A stretch of DNA of 64,000 nt from positions 17,054,029-17,118,028 of the forward strand of contig MU054323.1 in assembly GCA_013239625.1 (NCBI GenBank). Direction: 5' to 3'. Source of the DNA: Lama guanicoe (lineage: Eukaryota). Shown here in pieces: positions 41,992 through 54,056 of the stretch. Below the pieces are notes generated by a model. It had not been told where the DNA came from, ran no database searches, and saw only the letters and a program-made list of their open reading frames with translations. The position numbers were made by a program, and so were the translations under genes. Numbering within the stretch: the stretch's first letter is position 1; each line of letters begins with the position of its first letter.

Positions 41992-42550
41992 CTGAACATT
42001 TTTAGCTCTGTTGGGTTGTCTATTTTTATGAGTATGTGGTTACAACAAAAGTACCCCCCGCCCATTGTTTCTCAATCCTGTTTGTATCAACTCAAGTTTT
42101 TTTGGCTTGTTTTTTTTTTAGCGGAGGTATTGGGGTTGAACCTAGGACCTCGTGCACGCTAAGCACACCCTCTACCACTGATCTATTACCCTCCCCACTC
42201 AACTTAAGTTCTAAATGTGTTGAGTCCTTTTCTTTTTAAAGATACTTCATTATCTTGGTATCTTTGGGTAGCATGTATCAATTAACAGTATAAGCTGCAG
42301 GACACCTGGCAATGGATTCTGTTTCCACAGCTGCAGAACTCATGTTGCTATAAAACTGCATTTAAATTTTGTCTTTTAGAGTTTGAATGAAGTATAATTC
42401 CATTATGATGCTACTGAGCACACCTATAATGTGAGCATTCACAAACACTGCCTCCATGATTAGATATTTTTTTCTTCCTGAGCTGTTGAGGATCTCTTGC
42501 CTGGTGTAAAACAACCTACAATGTGAGGTCAGAGTCTGATGCTTTAAGTC
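41992..42550 (-). pseudogene. Relic coding exon D, frameshifted and SINE-interrupted
   Basis: Acceptor ttattcttgtttatctgcag|. In phase 1 it continues (G)LKASDSDLTL*VVLHQARDPQQLRKK, then shifted segments YLIMEAVFVNAH and VLQLWKQNPLPGVLQLILLIDTCY. Candidate donor CAG|gtatat. Confidence 0.6.
42099..42198 (-). mobile_element. tRNA-derived SINE (Vic-1-like) inside relic exon D
   Basis: Reverse-oriented copy. TSD tcaactcaagtt (42087-42098) / tcaacttaagtt (42199-42210). Confidence 0.85.
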
Positions 42551-44015
42551 CTGCAGATAAACAAGAATAACACTGCACTGACCATATTCTTTGGGGAAAA
42601 ATGCATGTATTTTCACTATAATTGCTGTGTCTTAGTCCTTAATGAGCTGTCTTTTGCAGAGAAAATTTTAAAAAAATTCTGACATAGATAAAATGTTCAA
42701 ATGAAGGGGGAAAGTGAGAACATTCAAATCACTCTGGAACTAAATAATGGGAAATTGTAACAGCTTCCAATAATTACTGAGTTCTTATGAAAAGTATTTG
42801 CCATGGCAACCACTGCATCAAATTGCTCTTAAATAGTTCCTGAGCTGTACACACACAGAGAGAGGAAGCAGGAGAAAATTTGTCTATAAGACCGGTATTT
42901 GTTCACTTTAGAGGCAAGAAGGTACTCCTACAGTAACATGATAATACAAACATATTACATGTGCACCATGCTTTCCTCTTTAAAGAACACTTCACTTATA
43001 CCATTTTTTAGATATGTTCATGATGCTGCAATCAGTTTAATTACCTTGATCTCCTTCCTGACATTTCAGAAAGGATTCCCAGACTATTTAATTGTGAAAT
43101 AGTAGGTCTTTAGCAAATGGTTTGGAAGGGTCACTCCTCTCATGAGATTATTGAAATAGTGTTAAATTCTTGAAAGTCCTTCCATACTACAAGGCTCCTT
43201 CCATATTTGACTTCATATTGTAAATCCAGGCTATGTCACTTTCTAGATGTGTGACCTCTTTTTCTCTCAGTTTCTCAACTATAAAATTGAGATGATCATA
43301 ATACCACTGTATAGGATTACTGTAAGCTTTATGTAAGTTAATACATGCATAGGGCACATGAACAATGCACCACACAGCAAGTGCAATAGGAGTCTGCTAT
43401 TATTGTCACCATAATTATTAGGAAGCACATACTATGTGCCTGGCCACAAGATCCTTTATATTCATTAGCTCATTTCATCACTGCAGAAACCTTATATAGC
43501 AAATATTGTCTCACTTTACAAATGAAAACTCAGACCCAGAAAAATTACATAATCTGCCCTAATCACACAACTGGTAAGTGGTAAAACCTAGCATTGCAAA
43601 GCTAATTAAATAAATAAATGTATGATTCTGGACCAGTTTTCACTAAATTTAGTTGTGATATTTGCAAAGAAATATCTGACATAAAACAGAGGCTACACGG
43701 TTTACAGAAAATTCACACTGAGGGAGGACTAGAGAGTAGTAATGTTCCAGAGCATCTGATGCTGAAGTACAGAGTGAGTCCACTGGGAGTGCTCACTGGG
43801 AGACACACACACATATATGAAGCTATTACAGGCAGAGGAGACAGAGTGATCTCAAATACAATGCTCAAATCAGAAACCACAAGGGCAGGCTCACCAAATT
43901 ATACTGTTAATGTGCAGAACTGTCACCTAGCTGCTTCTCATTTGTACAACTCTGTGCAGAATCGTCCAGGAAGCAAGTAATCATTTATTAAGTGACAACT
44001 GTTGATCTTCTAGAA

Positions 44016-44235
44016 GAGGGTCAGCAAACTATGACCCATGGACAAAATCTGGCCCACTGCTTATTTTTGCAAATCAGTTTTTATGGGAACATAGACGTAG
44101 CTATTTCTTTAGGTATTATTGATGGTTGCTTTTGAACTACAATGGCAGAGATGAGTAGTTGTGAAGAATACCATGTGCCCTTAAAGTCTGAGCTATTTAC
44201 GATCTGGCCCTTTACAGAAAAAGTTTGCTGACCCT
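44016..44235. mobile_element. MER58-like hAT element
   Basis: Terminal inverted repeats agggtcagcaaact ... agtttgctgaccct. Confidence 0.75.
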
Positions 44236-45499
44236 TTCTTTAGAGCAAGGCAGGAAAGGCTAGCCTATCTTTCTATTTATTTCATATTTACAAGGTTTTG
44301 AAATCTACATATTTGTGTATATGTTTGTATATGGATATACAGATGTTTAAAAGAGGAAAACACATCTGAATTAGAAATAGATTTTTAAATAGAAGATGCT
44401 TATTTTTTTGTAAAGAACAGTTTCACATGCCCAAGGTTTTTATAACTGTGACACTCACGTGTTTTGTACTGAGAAAGTTTAGGAAGAAACAGTGAGCTAG
44501 CTGTCTTGGATAGGATAAACATACGGTGGTGGTGACACACCCAAATTTCTACTTAGAATATTTGCTAGGCAGATGGCGATATAAAATCTGATGCCTGGAA
44601 GACAAGACTGGAGTCCACATTCAAAAAGTGATATTTTTAGCTCATAGACATGGATAAGCACTTATAAGGAAAACATATGAGGAAAAAAGCACCCTTTGGT
44701 CCAACATGTCACTACAACTTCTAGGTACAAATATTAAAGAAGTACTCAGAAGACAATATGTATGCAAATGCACATAGCAAAATTGTAAATTGTAAAATTT
44801 GACAACAAACTAAATTTCCATCAACAGGAAAAGGGATAAGTGAATTGTAAATATAATTCATGCTAAACTACACAGCACTAGTGAAAATGAATAACTTGAA
44901 CTACATGTAACAACATAAACTAATCTGACAAATATGAAGTTGAGCAAAATAATCAAATTGAAGACTAAAGTATATAGTGTATTACATAAGGTATAAAAAA
45001 ATAATAGCATCTAAACTGTAATTGAGATGCACCAGATAAACATTTTGGCATAAGGCCAATAAGTTGAAATCAATATTTCGTTGAGGACAAAGATAAATAT
45101 CAACATCAAATAATGGCTTCTGAGATACAAAAATAAATCTGAAATTATACTTAAAGTATTTATTGCTGTTTAATTATTTACTAATGACATCATAATTACA
45201 TCGTAGTACATGAACAATAATTCTTTTAGCACTGTCAGGTGCTATTTTGCTCTTGCAGTCAGTGGTCTACCTATGTGTGATACTAAATGGACATTCGTTT
45301 TCACCTGAGGTCAGTAGAAAAGTGAGATATTTGGGGATTAGATAATTTTCCTCTATACTTTTTTCTTTTCTTCATATATTTTATATTTTTTATTATGTCT
45401 AAACAAAAAATGATTTATTATAGATGTACATGATTTTGGAGTTTTCCTCTCAGTAAAATTTTGAGATGGCAAAATTGACATTCAACTTTAAATTTATTC

Positions 45500-45815
45500 C
45501 CATAAAACTATTTACAAAACAGAAACAGACTTATGGACATAGGAAACAAACTTGTGGTTATAGGAGTGTGGCAGGGGGAAGAGAGGCATGAGGAATAAGT
45601 TGGGGAGTTTGGGATTTGCAGATAACTAACTACTATATATGAAATAGATAAACAGCAAGGTCCCACTTTATAGCACAGGAATCTACATTAAATACCTTTT
45701 AATAGCCTATAATGAAAAAGAATATGAAGAGGAATATATATATGTATAACTGAATCACTGTGATGTACACCAGAAATTAACACATCATAAACCAATCATA
45801 CTTCAAAAAAATTTT
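45500..45815 (+). mobile_element. L1 3' UTR fragment
   Basis: actatttacaaaacagaaacagact...tatagcacagga...tgtacaccagaaa plus A tail. Confidence 0.8.
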
Positions 45816-46445
45816 TTTTAATTTATCCTCACTAAAAAAAGGAATTTCCCAAATGACAGTTTCTTGAACAATTCATGTTCTAAGTGGAATTTTAAAACTA
45901 AAAATTAAGTAGAGTTCTTAAAGATTATTTTATTTAAGGTTTTGTACTAGTATACAAACAATTGTACAGTTATTAAAATTATGATATAATCTAGTACCTG
46001 TTAGTCTGACTTGGGTTATTATTTCTATAAGGATTTATATTTATTGGCTCAAAATCTATTGTTCTTCCTACATATGTCTAGGGCATGCACTCAATATTTG
46101 TATTAATTGTCCATTTATTTATTTATTTATTTAACTATTGTAAAGTTCTTAATAACTTTTTTATGTAAGATTAACAAATTTCACAAGTCATTAATGATTG
46201 CAGCATACTCCTCTTGCAATAATAAATACATATTTTACTTCAACAACTGATAGCATTTCAAATACAAAAGCATACAAAGAGATTTTTTACTGAGTTATAT
46301 CTAGAATGCTAAATTATATTTGAAAAGGAATTTCCAAATATTAGCAATACATCCAAATAACATGTCTTGTTCAAGTAACTGGTATAGCTGCACTGATTAG
46401 CTGTAAAGTTACCTATAAGATCATGTGATCATTCTTTGATCATAC

Positions 46446-47017
46446 CTTGATCCCTGAAATGGGTGCCATAAATGATCTTGAAGCAGGATTCAGCTATTTG
46501 GCTTTCCCAAAGCCGAAGCTGATGCCAGAATTATAGTGCTTCCTTCACTTTGGAAATGTTTAAAATATGCAAACAAACCTGATTTTGTTTAGGATGTTAG
46601 AAAAAGAAATTCAACTGAATAAATTTGCAAGATCATATTGACCATATTCAGTGACTGATGAATCAGGCGGTATCCAATCTAGCAGATAGAAAGGAGCTCC
46701 AAGGAGCTGTACAAAATGAAAGGCTTTTATAGGCAGAAGGAAGTTGTATTTGGCAAAAAGGCAGATTGGTTATTCCAAGGTTACTTTCCTTTAGGAGATG
46801 ATAGGGGTCTGGCAGGCAGATATTACCTAAGTAGTGCTAGTCAGGCAATTAATTCCTGGTTGACCGGTTTTAAGATTTCCTTGCTGAGAGAGCTGATCTA
46901 TAGTTTTAAGTCTCAGTTTGGAGACATGGGGCTTAAAATAAGTGACTGCACATGGGGCCTGTTGTCTTGTTTTTAACAGGGATTACATGGATATGTATCA
47001 CAATTATAAAAGCATGT
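46446..47017 (-). pseudogene. Relic coding exon C (184 nt after removing the LTR, phase 0 to 1)
   Basis: Acceptor tttggtttttattctcag| and donor CAAG|gtatga. Excising the solo LTR 46595-46978 plus one TSD copy gives TCFYNCDTYPCNPKQNQVCLHILNISKVKEAL*FWHQLRLWESQIAESCFKIIYGTHFRDQ(G). Confidence 0.75.
46595..46978. mobile_element. Solo LTR (ERV1-like, 384 bp)
   Basis: TGTTAG...TAACA termini with a 4-bp TSD-like pair agga / ggga. Excision restores relic exon C. Confidence 0.75.
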
Positions 47018-47450
47018 CTGAGAATAAAAACCAAATTCAAGTATGAATTTAGTTCTTCTGCGGGGCAAAGTGAAGAATGCACTAGATGAAAGATACACAA
47101 AAGGGTCAAATCTATTTGTAACATTTTATTTCTTAAGCAAGATATGAAACTTGAATGTTTATTATATTTTTCTTTATCCTGTTTTACATGCCTCAAAAAT
47201 TTAATAACAAAAGAATTTTTTTAAGCAAAGAATTAAAAACTGTGCTTATGAAGAAGCCTATACAGTTCTAGAAACCAGAAATAATGCTTTCTCATTTACA
47301 AACATTTTAAGTTGGGAAAAATACTTTAAAATAGGGATTTATCTTTTCTTCAGAGGTGAAATTATTGGTTATTAAATCATCCACTTAGTTGTTGATTTAT
47401 TTAACTTTCAAAAAATAAGATAAAAAAACAGAAATCTAAGTTAACCATAC

Positions 47451-47827
47451 ACCATTTTTAATGGCAAACTGGAACCAAAATGTCTCCCTGCGATCATGAT
47501 AGTAATTAAAGGCAAAGGGGGAAAAGTAGCTAAGAGGAAAAGAAACTTTACAGTTTGTGTCTGAAACCAAGTGAGCAGCATGCAAATCTGCAGTCTTCAG
47601 GGGTAAGGTCTTTAAGTGGTATGTAATCCAATATCGAAAGCCGTCTATTTGAAATGTCCCCTCACTTCTGTTTGGGCACAGTTTTTCCTTTTCCAGTGTT
47701 ATTTGGCACAGATTTTCTGTTTCTCTCCACACCTCCTCAAACCTCTGATCAGAAAGGCGTAGCGCTGGAACTCTTTGGTCATAGTTGTTTGCTTAATACC
47801 TGCTTCATTTCCTGTTTTTTCTCTCAT
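47451..47827 (-). pseudogene. Relic coding exon B (377 nt, phase 1 to 0)
   Basis: Acceptor ttgttacatctag| and donor GGT|gtatgg. Reads (D)ERKNRK*SRY*ANNYDQRVPALRLSDQRFEEVWRETENLCQITLEKEK...FRYWITYHLKTLPLKTADLHAAHLVSDTNCKVSFPLSYFSPFAFNYYHDRRETFWFQFAIKNG with 2 stops and no frameshift. Confidence 0.75.
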
Positions 47828-48368
47828 CTAGATGTAACAAGTACCAAGTAAAGCAGGATGTGACAGTTAGAGGGAATGTCGCAAACAATAATGAAAGCAA
47901 TTATTCTGCATCATAGGCCCATTTGCTCATTTTCATTTCAGTAGATAAACGATATTATCTTTTGCAAGTAACACAAAGTGAGACGGGGGCTGTACCCTTC
48001 CCAGGGGAGAAGGAAAGGCGCCTGGCTCAGTTATCACTGTCAATTAGCAAATATTTGGGCTCTTCAGGCCTTGGGTGTTGTTTTTCTTTTTAATTAAAGG
48101 CTTCCCACTAATGAGACTTTGCTTTTGAATTTTGAGTTTTGTAACTATTTCTACTTTATATCTTTATAAATCTCACCTTTAAGAAAGGCTGAACTATAAG
48201 ACAAGATTTTAAAAACAGCATGATTCTTTAGGACAAAATGAGGAAAGGGATGAGGTGCTTAAAAATTCTGTTTTCACTGAGTGCAACGGTGCATCAGTTC
48301 CTTCACAAGAAAACTCTACCACAGTAGATGAATTGCCTTTCATGATATATTTAAATCGAATTACTTAC

Positions 48369-49220
48369 CTGGAAGCTCATTTTTATAGTGCTTCATACTG
48401 ACTTTCCTGCACAAAATCACTCTTTTAAAAATATGTTCTCAAACAAAATAAATTAGTGGTTGCCTAGTCCTGGGGAATTGGGGTGAGGATGAGAGTGATT
48501 GCTGCCGGGTACGGGGTTACTTTTTGGGATAATGTTCTGAACTTAGATTTGGGTGGTGGTTGCACAACTCTGTGAATATACTAACAATTGAATTGTACTT
48601 TTTTTATATACTTTTTTTAATTGAAGTATAGTCAGTTTACAATATTGTGTCAATTTCTAGTGTACAGCACAATGCTTCAGTCATACATGAATATACATAC
48701 ATTCATTTTCATATTCTTTTTCACCGTAAGCTACCACAAGATATCAAATGTAGTTCCCTGTGCTATACAGTATAAATTTGTTTATCTATTTTATATATAC
48801 CAGTCTGTATCTGCAATTCTCGAACTCCTAATTTATCTCTTCCCACCCCCTTCCGGCCTGGTAACCATAAGTTTGTTTTCTATGTCTGTGAGTCTGTTTC
48901 TGTTTTATAAATAAGTTCATTTGTCTTTTTTTTTTAATTGTACACTTTAAATGGATGAATTTTATGGCTTGCAAATTATTCAATAAAGTTTTTTTTCTTT
49001 TAATCTGTTCTCAAGGAGGAATCTGAAAGAGAAGAGTGGCATAAAGAGAGGTCTCTTGGATTTGAGTAATGTCTTCTCTAAAGCTCCACCACCAGGAAAC
49101 AAAGGTCAGACCTGAGATTTTTGATCTATATATCCTAATATTCCACCATTTTCTCTCCCCACCTCTCATCAAGGTTTTTTCTTTATAATTTATCACATGA
49201 ATAATCTAACCCAGTGGAGC
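48369..49220 (-). pseudogene. Relic coding exon A of an unidentified decayed gene, split by an L1 insertion (5' boundary approximate)
   Basis: Removing L1 48443-49001 plus one TSD copy gives IIHVINYKEKTLMRGGERKWWNIRIYRSKISGLTFVSWWWSFREDITQIQETSLYATLLFQIPP*EHIFKRVILCRKVSMKHYKNELP in one frame, ending at the strong donor CCAG|gtaagt (phase 1). Confidence 0.7.
48443..49001 (+). mobile_element. Old L1 3' end (L1MB/MC-like) with a nested younger antisense L1 piece (48599-48935)
   Basis: Outer TSD aatatgttctcaa (48430-48442) / aatctgttctcaa (49002-49014). Inner TSD aattgtac (48591-48598 / 48936-48943). Confidence 0.8.
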
Positions 49221-49312
49221 CTGGTGATAGACATTGGGGATTGGCAACCCAGAAACCACTCACAATGCTCTCTTCTCTTGCCCTTTCCCACCATAGAGGC
49301 TGGAGAGCAAAA

Positions 49313-49632
49313 TACAGTTGGCCCTCTGTACTTTGGGTTCTGTATTAGTGGAGTCCTCATCTGTGGATTCAACCAACCTCAGATTGAAAAAAAATTTTTT
49401 CCAGAAAATTCCAGAAAGTAAAACTTGAATTTGCCACATGCTAGCAGCTATTTACATAGCATTTACATTGTATGTACAACTATTAACGTAACAGTTGCAT
49501 TTATTAGGTACTGTAAGTAATCTAGAGATGATTTAAAGTATACAGGGAGGACGTGCATAGGTTATCTGCAAATACCACGGTGTTTTATATAAAGGGCTTG
49601 AACAGGGGTCCTGGAACCAATCCCTGGATGAT
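49313..49632. mobile_element. Tigger3/MER7-like DNA transposon nested in an MLT LTR
   Basis: ta|cagttggccctctgta...ggattcaaccaacc...ggggtcctggaaccaatccc termini. Confidence 0.65.
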
Positions 49633-51865
49633 TGCACTCCATTTTCCTTTTCTGCTGCTAGAAGCAGCCATGTGACTCAGTTCTGGCCAATACAATGTAA
49701 GCAGAACTCTCTCAGATCAGATTTCCAGGGAAGTTTTACTTTCCAGATGAAAAGGGTAGTTACAACTGGCAGAGCCCTTTTGTCCCTGTCGTCCCTGCTG
49801 CCTCTTCCTCCTTCTTCCTGCCTAGAGAGCAGACATGAGGCCTGAAGATGCAACAGCCAGTTGGTGACATGAGGTGACAAGCATGAATAAAAGTCCATAA
49901 GCTAAGGAAGTTGGAGCAGAAAAACTGACAGACTCTTAGTCTTTGTCAGCATTTCTCAGCAGCTCTACCAGTGCTGGACTGCTCAGCTCCAGATTTCTCA
50001 TTGTGTGAAAAAAAGAAAACACTTTTTTGTTAACCTACTATTACTTGTTACAAACAGATAACCTTTTACTTGCACGGGTACCCTTTAATTGCAACCAACA
50101 GCACTTTTAACAAGCCAATTATAAGACTTTCATATTTCAAAATGATCTAAATATGTCTAAGTCAAAGTGGGCTTATTTTAATGTCCAGGGGAATGGAAAA
50201 GGATAACTCCCTTGTAAGAAAATAAAATAGGCCTTTATTTTATATATGAGGTCTTAAGAGTGTAGCTGGTATTAGTTGCCCTAAGCAGGACTCATCCTGG
50301 GGCCCTAACAAGACTGAGTTTCTTGCCCTAAAGGCTGAGGACCAAAGCCTGGACTCATGGGTGAATTCATACTCTGATGATCACTTGGCCAGTTTCTCCT
50401 GGTGACACAAATACCTCCCCATCCTGCCCCTTCTATCAATGTCGTGTCACACTGATGACTCCACCCAAGGAATCTTTATGGAAACAGAACATAGTCTAGC
50501 CTGATACAGATATTTCCTCTCAGCTCCTGTGCCTGTCCCAAGACACACTCCAGGTGCAGTGGGCAAGCTGTCCACTCAGTGACTCATCCCTGAACCACTT
50601 CCCATCACTTGGCCCACTTCCTTCTGACCAACTTTTTAAAATCCTGGCTGCTGATTTTTGTATTCCTTCTCCTATGCATTTCCCCACTGCTCCCACTGGA
50701 TTTGACCTTGGCTGACTCAAAAAGCCTTGGGTGATCCATTTCCTGTTTTGACCTATCTCCCTCTACCCCAACCCTGAACTTAAGGGCTCTCTCCCACCAG
50801 TCCTGCCCTGTTCTTGCAGACAGGACTTAGACCCACAGAAGTATCCAGGGGACACTCCTCCTATCATAAAGGGCACAAGTTGGAATCAACCACACTGGAT
50901 TCAGCATGAGATGTGACAATCCCAGCAATTTCCAGAGCTGTTGCCTGGGCTTTTCTACCTCAGGGATTTAAGTTCAGCAAAAAAGACCGGGAAACTTTCA
51001 GCAGGACTGGTCATTTCCCAGGGAGGCTCTGAGAAAGTAGCCGCTTCAGTAAGTAGCATCTGTAGACTGAAGCTTTTCCTACTTGGCAGCCCAGAGCTGT
51101 CCTGTCAGCTGCCATTTCCATAGCAGCAATTATGGAGTGACTGACACTCGGTACTGTGTCTGCGGTGACTCCAGCTAACAATTAAGTCACACCAGCTCAG
51201 CATGTTCCCTTTTAATTACTTACAATCTGAAGTAGGTATTAGAACCAGGCAGGCCTGAGTTTGAATACCAGCTGTACCTACTTGGCCCCAGTCTTCCCTG
51301 AATCTCAGTTTTCTCAGTCATGAAATAATAATAGTTATACCTCCCTCACAGATACACCGCATAAAAACACCTAGCATGCACATTCCTGACACAGCAGACA
51401 CTGACCAACGTGAATTCCGATTCTTTTTTCTTATTCCAACCTGAGGTAGAATCTCCAGGATCCTAAAGACCTGCTTCACCTGGGAGTCCTCTATATTCAG
51501 TTCTAATTCTTCCTTGTCCTTAAGTCAGGGGAAGGTGGTATCCTACAGTCAAACTTGAGTTTCTGACTGGACACACTTCTAGACAGGAGTAGTATTGGGG
51601 GGTGGAGATAGGCTCAAGGAAATGCTTATTCCATGGCTTTTAAACTTCAGTGTACATGAGAATCATTTAAGGAGTTTATTAAAAATACGTATACCCAGGT
51701 CCCTCCCTCAGTGACTGAGAGTCAGACCCAGGAATCTACATTTTTAATAAAATTTTCAGGATGTGCACCAAAGTTCAAGAATCACTGCCCTGTCTGGAAG
51801 TTTCTCTCTTCTCTTGACCTAGCTACTCTGGTAGATAGAGTAGGTGGTGGGGCCCAGTTGGGAGC

Positions 51866-53274
51866 TGTGGTATAGTAAAACATATTTGATTTCTGTCTCC
51901 AGTTCCTGGCACAAAACTCCCAAATGCTTGGTTCTCTTGGGTGATGAGTGTCTTGAGTGATGAGTGTCTTATGCTAATGAGACAAGCTTTGGTTGGTGGA
52001 AGGAGGGTTAGGGGGCAGCCACACTAGATTTTCACATGGGGACTGGTCACCAGAAAAACCAACCAAGTGATTAAAAGACTAGACTTTTGGCTCCAGCCCC
52101 TGGCCTCTTCAGGAAGGGGAGGGGGAGAGACTGGGTTCAATCACCAATGGCCAGTAATTTAATTAATCATGCCTAGCTAATAAAACTTTGATTAAACCCC
52201 CCTGAAAAACAAGTTCCCTAAGCTTCTAGGTTGGTGAACACATTCACGTGCTGGGAAGATGGCACCACAGGAGAGAGTGTGGAAGCTCTGTGCCAATCCC
52301 CACCCCTCACCCTTATTCCCTATAACTTCTCTATGCATCTGTAGGGGATCAAAATTTGCCACCCCAAAATACCTCTTTGTCATGCAGATTATTTTGAGCT
52401 GAAAACTATCAAGTCCCAAAAGACTCAGGAAGAACGGTTGACCTTCTCCCTAACTGCCTAAAGAATGTAGATAGAGGACCTGCTCCGGGAAGGGAGCTAT
52501 CACTATGGATGACTATAGTATGAGCTGGGTATGATTGACAGGGAGGAACCTAGCAAAGTCGGTTTGTTAAAATTCCTGTGTCCCACTGTCTCTGTATGGC
52601 CCAGCAAATATTTGTTTACCAACAAACTTTTGTTTTTCCACCTCCATGTCAATTGCCTCTCTCCCCTTTGAAGTCCCAAACCACTACACTCAACATCCTC
52701 ATTTTCTTTAACTGAAGATGGTATTTAAGATGAGAGCTTCAGCCATTTTGGTGAGTTAGTTTTCCTGGGTCTCTCCCATAAATACATGTTACTAAACTTT
52801 TATTTGATTTTCTTCTGTCAATCTGTCTCATGTCAACTTAATTCTTTGACTAACCAGAAGAACCTAGAAGGGCAGAGGAAAATTTCTTCTTCACTGACAC
52901 ATCTCTTCCATTTGGCTGTTTCTAAGTTATATCCTTCATAATGAACTGGTAAATGTTAAGTGTTTTCCTGAGTTTTATGAGTCTTTGTAACATATTATCA
53001 AATCTGAGGAGAGTGTATGGGAACTCCCAAATTTGGAGTCAGCCAGGCAGAAGAGTGGATAGCCTGAGTACCCCATTTGCAGCTGGTCTGAAGTAAAGGC
53101 ATGCACGTGGGACTGAGCCCCTTAACTCACGTGATCTGGTGCTAACTCTAGGTAGATAGTATCAGAATTGAATTAAATTGGCACCCAGTTAGTGTCATAG
53201 AATTGGTTGGTATGTAGAAAAATGACACACATTTAGTGTCAGCTGTGGTGTCAGGGAAAAAGAACCACTACACA
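51866..53274 (+). mobile_element. Solo LTR (MER21-like) containing a nested 560-bp solo LTR (52340-52899)
   Basis: Outer element TG...CA. Inner element tgtagggg...ctgaca with perfect TSD catc (52336-52339 / 52900-52903). Confidence 0.75.
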
Positions 53275-54016
53275 GGGGCCTGTCACATTTTGTCTCCTGA
53301 CTTCACCTGGCCCTTGTGTAACCACACTTCTTTATAGAATGTGGTTAAGCTCAGAAGAAACGGCCAATTCTGTTGCAATTCTCTGACCTAAATTCAGTGT
53401 TAACCTTTTGAAGAGGAATAGAAGTGGGGTTAAAATGTTCCCTGTTCAAGTCTACCCAAAAGGAGGGCCTCTGACATACTGACTGTGATCCACAGCACAC
53501 CCAGAGGACATCTCCAACAAGCCAGGGAGCTGAGGGCCTGTGCTATAATAGCGTGCAAGCTCATTTGCTGAAATCATCAATGGACTAGTTGACCACCTTG
53601 ACTCTGGCTGGACCCCACCTGAGCTGTTCTTAATCTTTTGAGCCTAGTCATATTGTATCTGCCAGACCCCTTCCATCTAGCTAGATTTTCTGCCCTGGTT
53701 CCTCTGGGCTGTTTATTAGTGATCAAGCCTTTCCTCAAGCCTCAAAGTTGCTATAATAAGCTCATTCAGCCATTTCCACCAGAATGTGTCCAGGTAAAGT
53801 CTTTGCTGATAAGCCTTCCAATCCTGGCCCCATGTCTGAGGTTCTAGCTATGCTGCTGTCCCAGTATTTGTTGTTAAGATGCTATTCCCTCCCTTCCTCA
53901 CCTTCTCGTCTCTCTTTCTTCCTGGAGTAGCCACGCAGTTTTATCAGTCAATGCCACTCATCTTGTTATAGCTTCTGGCATACCTGAAATCATTCAGAGG
54001 GGCCTCATTCTTAGTC

Positions 54017-54018
<2 letters not shown>

Positions 54019-54055
<37 letters not shown>
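54019..54055. repeat. (TG)n microsatellite
   Basis: About 18 perfect TG units. Confidence 0.95.

Positions 54056-54056
<1 letters not shown>

Noticed and set aside
48369..48406. Stand-alone 38-nt micro-exon (tgtgcag|...CCAG|gtaagt)
   Set aside because: The frame continues upstream across the TSD-flanked L1, so it is better explained as the 3' end of a larger exon.
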